Shown here: one piece after another, positions 28,101 to 42,170 of the stretch
Numbering within the stretch: position 1 is the stretch's first letter
Layout: every line of letters begins with the position of its first letter
Assembly: GCA_964016885.1 (NCBI GenBank)
Contig: OZ024743.1
Location: 205,964,001 to 206,028,000 of the forward strand
Origin: Eledone cirrhosa
Taxonomy: Eukaryota
Direction: 5' to 3'
DNA length: 64,000 bases
Notes under the pieces: generated by a model
Told to the model about the DNA's origin: nothing
Databases searched by the model: none
Seen by the model: only the letters and a program-made list of their open reading frames with translations
Position numbers and translations under genes: made by a program

Positions 28101-31100
28101 CTGGAAATTATCTCCCTTTGATTTTTTTTACAAATTATCTCCCTCTGATTTTTTTTACAAATCTCCCCTTGATTTTTTTAAAAAATTATCTCCCCTTTGC
28201 TGGCTGGAAATTATCTCCCCTTGGACACTGGAAATTATAGACCCTTGGAGGGCTGGAAATTATCTTCCCTTGGACGGCTGGAAATTATCTCCTCTTGATT
28301 TTTTTTACAAATTATCTCCCCCTGATTTTTTTTTACAAATTATCTCCGCCTGATTTTTTTTTAAAAATTATCTCCCCTTGGCTGGATGGAAATTTTCTCC
28401 CCTTGGACGGCTGGAAATTATCTCCCCTTTATGTCTTCTACAAATTATCTGGCCCTGATTTTTTTTTACAAATTATCTCTCCCTGATTTTTTTTACAAAT
28501 ATCTCCCCTTGGCTGGCTGGAAATTATCTCCCCTTCGCTGGCTGGAAATTATCTCCCATTGGACGGCTGGAAATTATCTCCCCTTGGACGCCTAGAAATT
28601 ACCTCTCCTTGGACAGCTGTAAATTATCTCCCCTTGGACGGCTGGAAATTATCTCGCCTTGGACGGCTGGAAATTATCTCCCCTTGATTTTGTATACAAA
28701 TTATCTCCCCCTGATTTTTTTTTACAAATTATCTGCCCCTGATTATTTTTTTACAAATTAGCTCCGCCTGATTTTTTTTAAAAATTATCTCCCCTTGGAC
28801 GGCTGGAAATTATCTCCCCTTGGACGGCTGGAAATTATCTCCCCTTGAACGGCTAGAGATTACCTCTCCTTGGACGGCTTAAAATTATCTCCCCTTGGAC
28901 GGCTGGAAATTATCTCCCCTTGATTTTTTTACAAATTATCTCCCCCTGATTTTTTTTTACAAATTATCTCCCCCTGATTTTTTTTTACAAATTATCTACC
29001 CCTGATTTTTTTTTCCAAATTATCTCCCCCTGATTTTTTTTTACAAATTATCTCCCCCTGATTTTTTTTTACAAATTATCTCCCCCTGATTTTTTTACAA
29101 ATTATCTCCCCTTGGCTGGCTGGAAATTATCTCCCCTTGGAGACTGGAATTTATCTCCCCTTGGACGGCTGGAAATTATCTCCCCTTGGACGGCTAGAAA
29201 TTACCTCTCCTTGGACGGCTGGAAATTATCTCCCCTTGAACGGCTGGAAATTATCTCCCCTTGGACGGCTGGAAATTATCTCCCCTTGGACGGCTGGAAA
29301 TTACCTCTCCTTGGACGGCTGGAAATTATCTCCCCTTGGACGGCTGGAAATTATCTCCCCTTGGACGGCTGGAAATTATTTCCCCTTGATTTTTTTTACA
29401 AATTATCTCCCCCTGATTTATTTTACAAATTATCTCCGCCTGATTTTTTTAAATATTATCTTCCCTTGGCTGGCGGGAAATTATCTCCCCTTGGACGGCT
29501 GGAAACTATCTCCCCTTGGACAGCTGGAAATTATCTGCCCTTGATTTTGTTTTTACAAATTATCTCCCCCTGATTTTTTTTACAAATTATCTCCACCTGA
29601 TTTTTTAAAAAATTATCTCCTCTTGGACGGCTGGAAATTATCTCCCGTTGGCTGCAAATTATCTCCCCTTGGACGGCTAGAAATTACCTCTCTTTGGACG
29701 GCTGGAAATTATCTCCCCTTGATTTTTTTTACAAATTATCTCCCCCTGATTTTTTTTACAAATCTCCCAGTGATTTTTAAAAAAAAATTATCTCCCCTTC
29801 GCTGGCTGGAAATTATCTCCCCTTGGACGCTGGAAATTATAGCCCCTTGGAGGGCTGGAAATTATCTTCCCTTGGACGGCTGGAAATTATCTCCCCTTGA
29901 TTTTTTTTACATATTATCTCCCCCTGATTTTTTTTTACAAATTATCTCCCCGATTTTTTTCTACAAATTATCTCCCCCTGATTTTTTTTTTACAAATTAT
30001 CTCCGCCTGATTTTTAAAAAAAAATTATCTCCCCTTGGACGGCTGGAAATTATCTCCCCTTGGACGGCTGGAAATTATCTCCCCTAGGACGGCTAGAAAT
30101 TACCTCTCCTTGGACGGCTGAAAATTATCTCCCCTTGGACGGCTGGAAATTATCTCCCCTTGATTTTTTTACAAATTATCTCCCTCTGATTTTTTTTTAC
30201 AAATTATCTCCCCCTGATTTTTTTTTACAAATTATCTCCCCCTGATTTTTTTTTACAAATTATCTCCCCCTGATTTTTTTACAAATTATCTCCCCTTGGC
30301 TGGCTGGCAATTATCTCCCCTTGGAGGCTGGAATTTATCTCCCCTTGGACGGCTGGAAATTATCTCCCCTTGGACGGCTAGAAATTACCTCTCCTTGTAC
30401 GGCTGGAAATTATCTCCCCTTGAACGGCTGGAAATTATCTCCCCTTGGACGGCTGGAAATTATCTCCCCTTGGACGGCTGGAAATTACCTCTCCTTGGAC
30501 GGCTGGAAATTATCTCCCCTTGGACGGCTGGAAATTATCTCCCCTTGGACACTGGAAATTATTTCCCCTTGATTTTTTTTACAAATTATCTCCCCCTGAT
30601 TTTTTTTACAAATCTCCCCCTAATTTAAAAAAAAATTATCTCCCCTTCGCTGGCTGGAAATTATCTCCCTTTGGACGGCTTGAAATTATAGCTGCTTGTA
30701 GGGCTGGAAATTATCTCCCCTTGGACGGCTGGAAATTACCTTTCCTTCGACGGCTGAAAATTATCTCCCCTTGGACGGCTGGAAATTATCTCCCCCTGAT
30801 TTTTTTTTACAAATTATCTCCGCCTGATTTTTTTTTAAAAATTATCTCCCCTTGGCTGGATGGAAATTTTCTCCCCTTGGACGGCTGGAAATTATCTCCC
30901 CTTTATGTTTTCTACAAATTATCTACCCCTGATTTTTTTTTTACGAATTATCTCTCCCTGATTTTTTTTACAAATATCTCCCCTTGGCTGGCTGGAAATT
31001 ATCTCCCCTTGGCTGGCTGGAAATTATCTCCCCTTGGACGGCTGGAAATTATCTCCCCTTGGACGCCTAGAAATCACCTCTACTTGGACAGCTGTAAATT

Positions 31101-32003
31101 ATCTCCCCTTGGACGGCTGGAAATTATCTCGCCTTGGACGGCTGGAAATTATCTCCCCTTGATTTTGTATACAAATTATCTCCCCCTGATTTTTTTTTAC
31201 AAATTAACTGCCCCTGATTATTTTTTTACAAATTAGCTCCGCCTGATTTTTTTTTTAAATTATCTCCCCTTGGACGGCTGGAAATTATCTCCCCTTGGAC
31301 GGCTGGAAATTATCTCCCCTTGAACGGCTAGAAATTACCTCTCCTTGGACGGCTGAAAATTATCTCCCCTTGGACGGCTGGAAATTATCTCCCCTTGATT
31401 TTTTTACAAATTATCTCCCCCTGATTTTTTTTTTACAAATTATCTCCGCCTGATTTTTTTTTAAAATTATCTCCCCTTGGACGGCTGGAAATTATCTCCC
31501 CTTGGACGGCTGGAAATTATCTCCCCCTGATTTTTTTTTTACAAATTATCTACCCCTGATTTTTTTTTCAAATTATCTCCCCCTGATTTTTTTTACAAAT
31601 TATCTCCCCCTGATTTTTTCTTACAAATTATCTCCCCCCGATTTTTTTACAAATTATCTCCCCCTGATTTTTTTTACAAATTATCTCCGCCTGATTTTTT
31701 TTAATATTATCTTCCCTTGGCTGGCGGGAAATTATCTCCCCTTGGACGGCTGGAAATTATCTCCCCTTGGAAGGATGGAAATTATCTCCCCTTGGACGGC
31801 TGGAAATTATCTCCCCTTGCACTGCTGGAAATTATCTCCCCTTGGACGGCTGGAATATATCTGCCCTTGATTTTGTTTTTACAAATTATCTTCCCCTGAT
31901 TTTTTTACAAATTATCTCCACCTGATTTTTTTTTACAAATTATCTCCCCCTGATTTTTTTTTACAAATTATCTCCCCCTGATTTTTTTACAAATTATCTC
32001 CCC
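25160..32003 (+). repeat. Higher-order repeat copy 3 (~6.84 kb)
   Basis: Markers at 25160, 28022, 29112, 30296 and ~31852 are collinear with copies 1-2. It is shorter through loss of a few monomers. Confidence 0.93.
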
Positions 32004-35000
32004 TTGGCTGGCTGGCAATTATCTCCCCTTGGAGGCTGGAATTTATCTCCCCTTGGACGGCTGGAAATTATCTCCCCTTGGACGGCTAGAAATTACCTCT
32101 CCTTGTACGGCTGGAAATTATCTCCCCTTGAACGGCTGGAAATTATCTCCCCTTGGACGGCTGGAAATTATCTCCCCTTGGACGGCTGGAAATTACCTCT
32201 CCTTGGACGGCTGGAAATTATCTCCCCTTGGACGGCTGGAAATTATCTCCCCTTGGACGGCTGGAAATTATTTCCCCTTGATTTTTTTTACAAATTATCT
32301 CCCCCTGATTTTTTTTACAAATTATCTCCGCCTGATTTTTTAAAATATTATCTTCCCTTGGCTGGCGGGAAATTATCTCCCCTTGGACGCCTGGAAATTA
32401 TCTCCCCTTGGAAGGATGGAAATTATCTCCCCTTGGACGGCTGGAAATTATCTCCCCTTGCACTGCTGGAAATTATCTCCCCTTGGACGGCTGGAAATTA
32501 TCTGCCCTTGATTTTGTTTTTACAAATTATCTTCCCCTGATTTTTTTTACAAATTATCTCCACCTGATTTTTAAAAAAATTATCTCCCCTTGGCTGGAAA
32601 TTTTCTCCCCTTGGACGATTAGAAATTATCTCTCTTTGGACGGCTGGAAATTATCTCCCCTTGATTTTTTTTACAAATTATCTCCCCCTGATTTTTTTTA
32701 CAAATCTCCCAGTGATTTTTTAAAAAAAATTATCTCCCCTTCGCTGGCTGGAAATTATCTCCCCTTGGACGCTGGAAATTATAGCCCCTTGGAAGGCTGG
32801 AAGTTATCTTCCCTTGGAGGGCTGGAAATTATCTTCCCTTGGACGGCTGGAAATTATCTCCCCTTGATTTTTTTTACAAATTATCTCCCCCTGATTTTTT
32901 TTTACAAATTATCTCCCCCTGATTTTTTTTTACAAATTATCTCCTGATTTTTTTTACAAATTATCTCCCCTTGGCTGGCTGGAAATTATCTCCCCTTGGA
33001 GGCTGGAATTTATCTCCCCTTGGACGGCTAGAAATTACCTCTCCTTGGACGGCTGAAAATTATCTCCCCTTGATTTTTTTTACGAATTATCTCCCCCTGA
33101 TTTTTTTTTTACAAATTATCTCCCCCTGATTTATTTTACAAATTATCTCCGCCTGATTTTTTTAAATATTATCTTCCCTTGGCTGGCGGGAAATTATCTC
33201 CCCTTGGACGGCTGGAAACTATCTCCCCTTGGACAGCTGGAAATTATCTGCCCTTGATTTTGTTTTTACAAATTATCTCCCCCTGATTTTTTTTACAAAT
33301 TATCTCCACCTGATTTTTTAAAAAATTATCTCCTCTTGGACGGCTGGAAATTATCTCCCCTTGGCTGGAAATTATCTCCCCTTGGACGGCTAGAAATTAT
33401 CTCTCTTTGGACGGCTGGAAATTATCTCCCTTTGATTTTTTTTACAAATTATCTCCCTCTGATTTTTTTTACAAATCTCCCCTTGATTTTTTAAAAAAAT
33501 TATCTCCCCTTCGCTGGCTGGAAATTATCTCCCCTTGGACGGCTGGAAATTATCTCCCCTTGGACGGCTGGAAATTATCTCCCCTAGGACGGCTAGAAAT
33601 TACCTCTCCTTGGACGGCTGAAAATTATCTCCCCTTGGACGGCTGGAAATTATCTCCCCTTGATTTTTTTACAAATTATCTCCCTCTGATTTTTTTTTAC
33701 AAATTATCTCCCCCTGATTTTTTTTTACAAATTATCTCCCCCTGATTTTTTTTTACAAATTATCTCCCCCTGATTTTTTTACAAATTATCTCCCCTTGGC
33801 TGGCTGGCAATTATCTCCCCTTGGAGGCTGGAATTTATCTCCCCTTGGACGGCTGGAAATTATCTCCCCTTGGACGGCTAGAAATTACCTCTCCTTGTAC
33901 GGCTGGAAATTATCTCCCCTTGAACGGCTGGAAATTATCTCCCCTTGGACGGCTGGAAATTATCTCCCCTTGGACGGCTGGAAATTACCTCTCCTTGGAC
34001 GGCTGGAAATTATCTCCCCTTGGACGGCTGGAAATTATCTCCCCTTGGACACTGGAAATTATTTCCCCTTGATTTTTTTTACAAATTATCTCCCCCTGAT
34101 TTTTTTTACAAATCTCCCCCTAATTTAAAAAAAAATTAACTCCCCTTCGCTGGCTGGAAATTATCTCCCTTTGGACGGCTTGAAATTATAGCTGCTTGTA
34201 GGGCTGGAAATTATCTCCCCTTGGACGGCTGGAAATTACCTTTCCTTCGACGGCTGAAAATTATCTCCCCTTGGACGGCTGGAAATTATCTCCCCCTGAT
34301 TTTTTTTTACAAATTATCTCCGCCTGATTTTTTTTTAAAAATTATCTCCCCTTGGCTGGATGGAAATTTTCTCCCCTTGGACGGCTGGAAATTATCTCCC
34401 CTTTATGTTTTCTACAAATTATCTACCCCTGATTTTTTTTTTACGAATTATCTCTCCCTGATTTTTTTTACAAATATCTCCCCTTGGCTGGCTGGAAATT
34501 ATCTCCCCTTGGCTGGCTGGAAATTATCTCCCCTTGGACGGCTGGAAATTATCTCCCCTTGGACGCCTAGAAATCACCTCTACTTGGACAGCTGTAAATT
34601 ATCTCCCCTTGGACGGCTGGAAATTATCTCGCCTTGGACGGCTGGAAATTATCTCCCCTTGATTTTGTATACAAATTATCTCCCCCTGATTTTTTTTTAC
34701 AAATTAACTGCCCCTGATTATTTTTTTACAAATTAGCTCCGCCTGATTTTTTTTTAAAATTATCTCCCCTTGGACGGCTGGAAATTATCTCCCCTTGGAC
34801 GGCTGGAAATTATCTCCCCTTGAACGGCTAGAAATTACCTCTCCTTGGACGGCTGAAAATTATCTCCCCTTGGACGGCTGGAAATTATCTCCCCTTGATT
34901 TTTTTACAAATTATCTCCCCCTGATTTTTTTTTTACAAATTATCTCCGCCTGATTTTTTTTTCAAATTATCTCCCCTTGGACGGCTGGAAATTATCTCCC

Positions 35001-35531
35001 CTTGGACGGCTGGAAATTATCTCCCCTTGATTTTTTTTTCCAAATTATCTCCCCCTGATTTTTTTTTTACAAATTATCTACCCCTGATTTTTTTTTCAAA
35101 TTATCTCCCCCTGATTTTTTTTACAAATTATCTCCCCCTGATTTTTTCTTACAAATTATCTCCCCCCGATTTTTTTACAAATTATCTCCCCCTGATTTTT
35201 TTTACAAATTATCTCCGCCTGATTTTTTTTAATATTATCTTCCCTTGGCTGGCGGGAAATTATCTCCCCTTGGACGGCTGGAAATTATCTCCCCTTGGAA
35301 GGATGGAAATTATCTCCCCTTGGACGGCTGGAAATTATCTCCCCTTGCACTGCTGGAAATTATCTCCCCTTGGACGGCTGGAATATATCTGCCCTTGATT
35401 TTGTTTTTACAAATTATCTTCCCCTGATTTTTTTACAAATTATCTCCACCTGATTTTTTTTTACAAATTATCTCCCCCTGATTTTTTTTTACAAATTATC
35501 TCCCCCTGATTTTTTTACAAATTATCTCCCC
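32004..35531 (+). repeat. Short higher-order repeat copy 4 (3.53 kb): HOR head joined directly to HOR tail
   Basis: Follows the HOR head to ~33537, where other copies read GGACACTGG, then continues with the CCCCTAGGAC cassette at ~33581 (at ~30081 in copy 3). About 3.3 kb of HOR middle is absent. Confidence 0.88.
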
Positions 35532-38500
35532 TTGGCTGGCTGGCAATTATCTCCCCTTGGAGGCTGGAATTTATCTCCCCTTGGACGGCTGGAAATTATC
35601 TCCCCTTGGACGGCTAGAAATTACCTCTCCTTGTACGGCTGGAAATTATCTCCCCTTGAACGGCTGGAAATTATCTCCCCTTGGACGGCTGGAAATTATC
35701 TCCCCTTGGACGGCTGGAAATTACCTCTCCTTGGACGGCTGGAAATTATCTCCCCTTGGACGGCTGGAAATTATCTCCCCTTGGACGGCTGGAAATTATT
35801 TCCCCTTGATTTTTTTTACAAATTATCTCCCCCTGATTTTTTTTACAAATTATCTCCGCCTGATTTTTTAAAATATTATCTTCCCTTGGCTGGCGGGAAA
35901 TTATCTCCCCTTGGACGCCTGGAAATTATCTCCCCTTGGAAGGATGGAAATTATCTCCCCTTGGACGGCTGGAAATTATCTCCCCTTGCACTGCTGGAAA
36001 TTATCTCCCCTTGGACGGCTGGAAATTATCTGCCCTTGATTTTGTTTTTACAAATTATCTTCCCCTGATTTTTTTTACAAATTATCTCCACCTGATTTTT
36101 AAAAAAATTATCTCCCCTTGGCTGGAAATTTTCTCCCCTTGGACGATTAGAAATTATCTCTCTTTGGACGGCTGGAAATTATCTCCCCTTGATTTTTTTT
36201 ACAAATTATCTCCCCCTGATTTTTTTTACAAATCTCCCAGTGATTTTAAAAAAAAAATTATCTCCCCTTCGCTGGCTGGAAATTATCTCCCCTTGGACGC
36301 TGGAAATTATAGCCCCTTGGAAGGCTGGAAGTTATCTTCCCTTGGAGGGCTGGAAATTATCTTCCCTTGGAGGGCTGGAAATTATCTCCCCTTGATTTTT
36401 TTTACAAATTATCTCCCCCTGATTTTTTTTTACAAATTATCTCCCCCTGATTTTTTTTTACAAATTATCTCCTGATTTTTTTTACAAATTATCTCCCCTT
36501 GGCTGGCTGGAAATTATCTCCCCTTGGAGGCTGGAATTTATCTCCCCTTGGACGGCTAGAAATTACCTCTCCTTGGACGGCTGAAAATTATCTCCCCTTG
36601 ATTTTTTTTACGAATTATCTCCCCCTGATTTTTTTTTTTACAAATTATCTCCCCCTGATTTATTTTACAAATTATCTCCGTCTGATTTTTTTAAATATTA
36701 TCTTCCCTTGGCTGGCGGGAAATTATCTCCCCTTGGACGGCTGGAAACTATCTCCCCTTGGACAGCTGGAAATTATCTGCCCTTGATTTTGTTTTTACAA
36801 ATTATCTCCCCCTGATTTTTTTTACAAATTATCTCCACCTGATTTTTTAAAAAATTATCTCCTCTTGGACGGCTGGAAATTATCTCCCCTTGGCTGGAAA
36901 TTATCTCCCCTTGGACGGCTAGAAATTATCTCTCTTTGGACGGCTGGAAATTATCTCCCTTTGATTTTTTTCACAAATTATCTCCCCCTGATTTTTTTTT
37001 ACAAATTATCTCCGCCTGATTTTTTTTAAAAAATTATCTCCCCTTGGCTGGATGGAAATTTTCTCCCCTTGGACGGCTGGAAATTATCTCCCCTTTATGT
37101 CTTCTACAAATTATCTGGCCCTGATTTTTTTTACAAATTATCTCTCCCTGATTTTTTTTACAAATCTCCCCTTGATTTTTTTAAAAAATTATCTCCCCTT
37201 CGCTGGCTGGAAATTATCTCCCCTTGGACACTGGAAATTATAGACCCTTGGAGGGCTTGAAATTATCTTCCCTTGGACGGCTGGAAATTATCTCCTCTTG
37301 ATTTTTTTTACAAATTATCTCCCCCTGATTTTTTTTTTCAAATTATCTCCGCCTGATTTTTTTTTAAAAATTATCTCCCCTTGGCTGGATGGAAATTTTC
37401 TCCCCTTGGCCGGCTGGAAATTATTTCCCCTTGGCTGGAAATTATCTCCCCTTGGACGGCTAGAAATTATCTCTCTTTGGACGGCTGGAAATTATCTCCC
37501 CTTGATTCTTTTTACAAATTATCTCCCCCTGATTTTTTTTACAAATCTCCCAGTGATTTTTAAAAAAAAATTATCTCCCCTTCGCTGGCTGGAAATTATC
37601 TCCCCTTGGACGCTGGAAATTATAGCCCCTTGGAGGCTGGAAATTATCTTCCCTTGGACGGCTGGAAATTATCTCCACTTGATTTTTTTTACAAATTATC
37701 TCCCCCTGATTTTTTTTTACAAATTATCTCCCCCTGATTTTTTTTTTACAAATTATCTCCGCCTGATTTTTTTAAAAAAATTATCACCCCTTGGACGGCT
37801 GGAAATTATCTCCCCTTGGACGGCTGGAAATGATCTCCCCTTGGACGGCTAGAAATTACCTCTCCTTGGACGGCTGAAAATTATCTCCCCTTGATTTTTT
37901 TTACGAATTATCTCCCCCTGATTTTTTTTTTTACAAATTATCTCCCCCTGATTTTATTTTACATATTATCTACCCCTGATTTTTTTTACAAATTATCTCC
38001 CCCTGATTTTTTTTTTACAAATTATCTGCCCCTGATTTTTTTACAAATTATCTCCCACTGATTTATTTTACAAATTATCTCCGCCTGATTTTTTTAAATA
38101 TTATCTTCCCTTGGCTGGCGGGAAATTATCTCCCCTTGGACGGCTGGAAACTATCTCCCCTTGGACAGCTGGAAATTATCTGCCCTTGATTTTGTTTTTA
38201 CAAATTATCTCCCCCTGATTTTTTTTACAAATTATCTCCACCTGATTTTTTAAAAAATTATCTCCCCTTGGACGGCTGGAAATTATCTCCCCTTGGCTGG
38301 AAATTATCTCCCCTTGGACGGCTAGAAATTATCTCTCTTTGGACGGCTGGAAATTATCTCCCTTTGATTTTTTTTACAAATTATCTCCCTCTGATTTTTT
38401 TTACAAATCTCCCCTTGATTTTTTTAAAAAATTATCTCCCCTTTGCTGGCTGGAAATTATCTCCCCTTGGACACTGGAAATTATAGACCCTTGGAGGGCT

Positions 38501-41500
38501 GGAAATTATCTTCCCTTGGACGGCTGGAAATTATCTCCTCTTGATTTTTTTTACAAATTATCTCCCCCTGATTTTTTTTTACAAATTATCTCCGCCTGAT
38601 TTTTTTTTAAAAATTATCTCCCCTTGGCTGGATGGAAATTTTCTCCCCTTGGACGGCTGGAAATTATCTCCCCTTTATGTCTTCTACAAATTATCTGGCC
38701 CTGATTTTTTTTTACAAATTATCTCTCCCTGATTTTTTTTACAAATATCTCCCCTTGGCTGGCTGGAAATTATCTCCCCTTCGCTGGCTGGAAATTATCT
38801 CCCATTGGACGGCTGGAAATTATCTCCCCTTGGACGCCTAGAAATTACCTCTCCTTGGACAGCTGTAAATTATCTCCCCTTGGACGGCTGGAAATTATCT
38901 CGCCTTGGACGGCTGGAAATTATCTCCCCTTGATTTTGTATACAAATTATCTCCCCCTGATTTTTTTTTACAAATTATCTGCCCCTGATTATTTTTTTAC
39001 AAATTAGCTCCGCCTGATTTTTTTTAAAAATTATCTCCCCTTGGACGGCTGGAAATTATCTCCCCTTGGACGGCTGGAAATTATCTCCCCTTGAACGGCT
39101 AGAAATTACCTCTCCTTGGACGGCTTAAAATTATCTCCTTTTGGACGGCTGGAAATTATCTCCCCTTGATTTTTTTACAAATTATCTCCCCCTGATTTTT
39201 TTTTACAAATTATCTCCCCCTGATTTTTTTTTTACAAATTATCTACCCCTGATTTTTTTTTCCAAATTATCTCCCCCTGATTTTTTTTTACAAATTATCT
39301 CCCCCTGATTTTTTTTTACAAATTATCTCCCCCTGATTTTTTTACAAATTATCTCCCCTTGGCTGGCTGGAAATTATCTCCCCTTGGAGACTGGAATTTA
39401 TCTCCCCTTGGACGGCTGGAAATTATCTCCCCTTGGACGGCTAGAAATTACCTCTCCTTGGACGGCTGGAAATTATCTCCCCTTGAACGGCTGGAAATTA
39501 TCTCCCCTTGGACGGCTGGAAATTATCTCCCCTTGGACGGCTGGAAATTACCTCTCCTTGGACGGCTGGAAATTATCTCCCCTTGGACGGCTGGAAATTA
39601 TCTCCCCTTGGACGGCTGGAAATTATTTCCCCTTGATTTTTTTTACAAATTATCTCCCCCTGATTTATTTTACAAATTATCTCCGCCTGATTTTTTTAAA
39701 TATTATCTTCCCTTGGCTGGCGGGAAATTATCTCCCCTTGGACGGCTGGAAACTATCTCCCCTTGGACAGCTGGAAATTATCTGCCCTTGATTTTGTTTT
39801 TACAAATTATCTCCCCCTGATTTTTTTTACAAATTATCTCCACCTGATTTTTTAAAAAATTATCTCCTCTTGGACGGCTGGAAATTATCTCCCGTTGGCT
39901 GCAAATTATCTCCCCTTGGACGGCTAGAAATTACCTCTCTTTGGACGGCTGGAAATTATCTCCCCTTGATTTTTTTTACAAATTATCTCCCCCTGATTTT
40001 TTTTACAAATCTCCCAGTGATTTTTAAAAAAAAATTATCTCCCCTTCGCTGGCTGGAAATTATCTCCCCTTGGACGCTGGAAATTATAGCCCCTTGGAGG
40101 GCTGGAAATTATCTTCCCTTGGACGGCTGGAAATTATCTCCCCTTGATTTTTTTTACATATTATCTCCCCCTGATTTTTTTTTACAAATTATCTCCCCGA
40201 TTTTTTTCTACAAATTATCTCCCCCTGATTTTTTTTTTACAAATTATCTCCGCCTGATTTTTTAAAAAAAATTATCTCCCCTTGGACGGCTGGAAATTAT
40301 CTCCCCTTGGACGGCTGGAAATTATCTCCCCTAGGACGGCTAGAAATTACCTCTCCTTGGACGGCTGAAAATTATCTCCCCTTGGACGGCTGGAAATTAT
40401 CTCCCCTTGATTTTTTTACAAATTATCTCCCTCTGATTTTTTTTTACAAATTATCTCCCCCTGATTTTTTTTTACAAATTATCTCCCCCTGATTTTTTTT
40501 TACAAATTATCTCCCCCTGATTTTTTTACAAATTATCTCCCCTTGGCTGGCTGGCAATTATCTCCCCTTGGAGGCTGGAATTTATCTCCCCTTGGACGGC
40601 TGGAAATTATCTCCCCTTGGACGGCTAGAAATTACCTCTCCTTGTACGGCTGGAAATTATCTCCCCTTGAACGGCTGGAAATTATCTCCCCTTGGACGGC
40701 TGGAAATTATCTCCCCTTGGACGGCTGGAAATTACCTCTCCTTGGACGGCTGGAAATTATCTCCCCTTGGACGGCTGGAAATTATCTCCCCTTGGACGGC
40801 TGGAAATTATTTCCCCTTGATTTTTTTTACAAATTATCTCCCCCTGATTTTTTTTACAAATCTCCCCCTAATTTAAAAAAAAATTATCTCCCCTTCGCTG
40901 GCTGGAAATTATCTCCCTTTGGACGGCTTGAAATTATAGCTGCTTGTAGGGCTGGAAATTATCTCCCCTTGGACGGCTGGAAATTACCTTTCCTTCGACG
41001 GCTGAAAATTATCTCCCCTTGGACGGCTGGAAATTATCTCCCCCTGATTTTTTTTTACAAATTATCTCCGCCTGATTTTTTTTTAAAAATTATCTCCCCT
41101 TGGCTGGATGGAAATTTTCTCCCCTTGGACGGCTGGAAATTATCTCCCCTTTATGTTTTCTACAAATTATCTACCCCTGATTTTTTTTTTACGAATATCT
41201 CCCCTTGGCTGGCTGGAAATTATCTCCCCTTGGCTGGCTGGAAATTATCTCCCCTTGGACGGCTGGAAATTATCTCCCCTTGGACGCCTAGAAATCACCT
41301 CTACTTGGACAGCTGTAAATTATCTCCCCTTGGACGGCTGGAAATTATCTCGCCTTGGACGGCTGGAAATTATCTCCCCTTGATTTTGTATACAAATTAT
41401 CTCCCCCTGATTTTTTTTTACAAATTATCTGCCCCTGATTATTTTTTTACAAATTAGCTCCGCCTGATTTTTTTTTAAAATTATCTCCCCTTGGACGGCT

Positions 41501-42170
41501 GGAAATTATCTCCCCTTGGACGGCTGGAAATTATCTCCCCTTGAACGGCTAGAAATTACCTCTCCTTGGACGGCTGAAAATTATCTCCCCTTGGACGGCT
41601 GGAAATTATCTCCCCTTGATTTTTTTACAAATTATCTCCCCCTGATTTTTTTTTTACAAATTATCTCCGCCTGATTTTTTTTTTAAATTATCTCCCCTTG
41701 GACGGCTGGAAATTATCTCCCCTTGGACGGCTGGAAATTATCTCCCCTTGATTTTTTTTTCCAAATTATCTCCCCCTGATTTTTTTTTTACAAATTATCT
41801 ACCCCTGATTTTTTTTTCAAATTATCTCCCCCTGATTTTTTTTACAAATTATCTCCCCCTGATTTTTTTTTACAAATTATCTCCCCCCGATTTTTTTACA
41901 AATTATCTCCCCCTGATTTTTTTTACAAATTATCTCCGCCTGATTTTTTTTAATATTATCTTCCCTTGGCTGGCGGGAAATTATCTCCCCTTGGACGGCT
42001 GGAAATTATCTCCCCTTGGAAGGATGGAAATTATCTCCCCTTGGACGGCTGGAAATTATCTCCCCTTGCACTGCTGGAAATTATCTCCCCTTGGACGGCT
42101 GGAATATATCTGCCCTTGATTTTGTTTTTACAAATTATCTTCCCCTGATTTTTTTACAAATTATCTCCAC
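35532..42170 (+). repeat. Higher-order repeat copy 5 (~6.6-6.7 kb)
   Basis: Markers at 35532, 38268, 39359, 40543 and ~42101 are collinear with copies 1-3. After ~42170 the sequence no longer returns to the HOR head. Confidence 0.9.
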
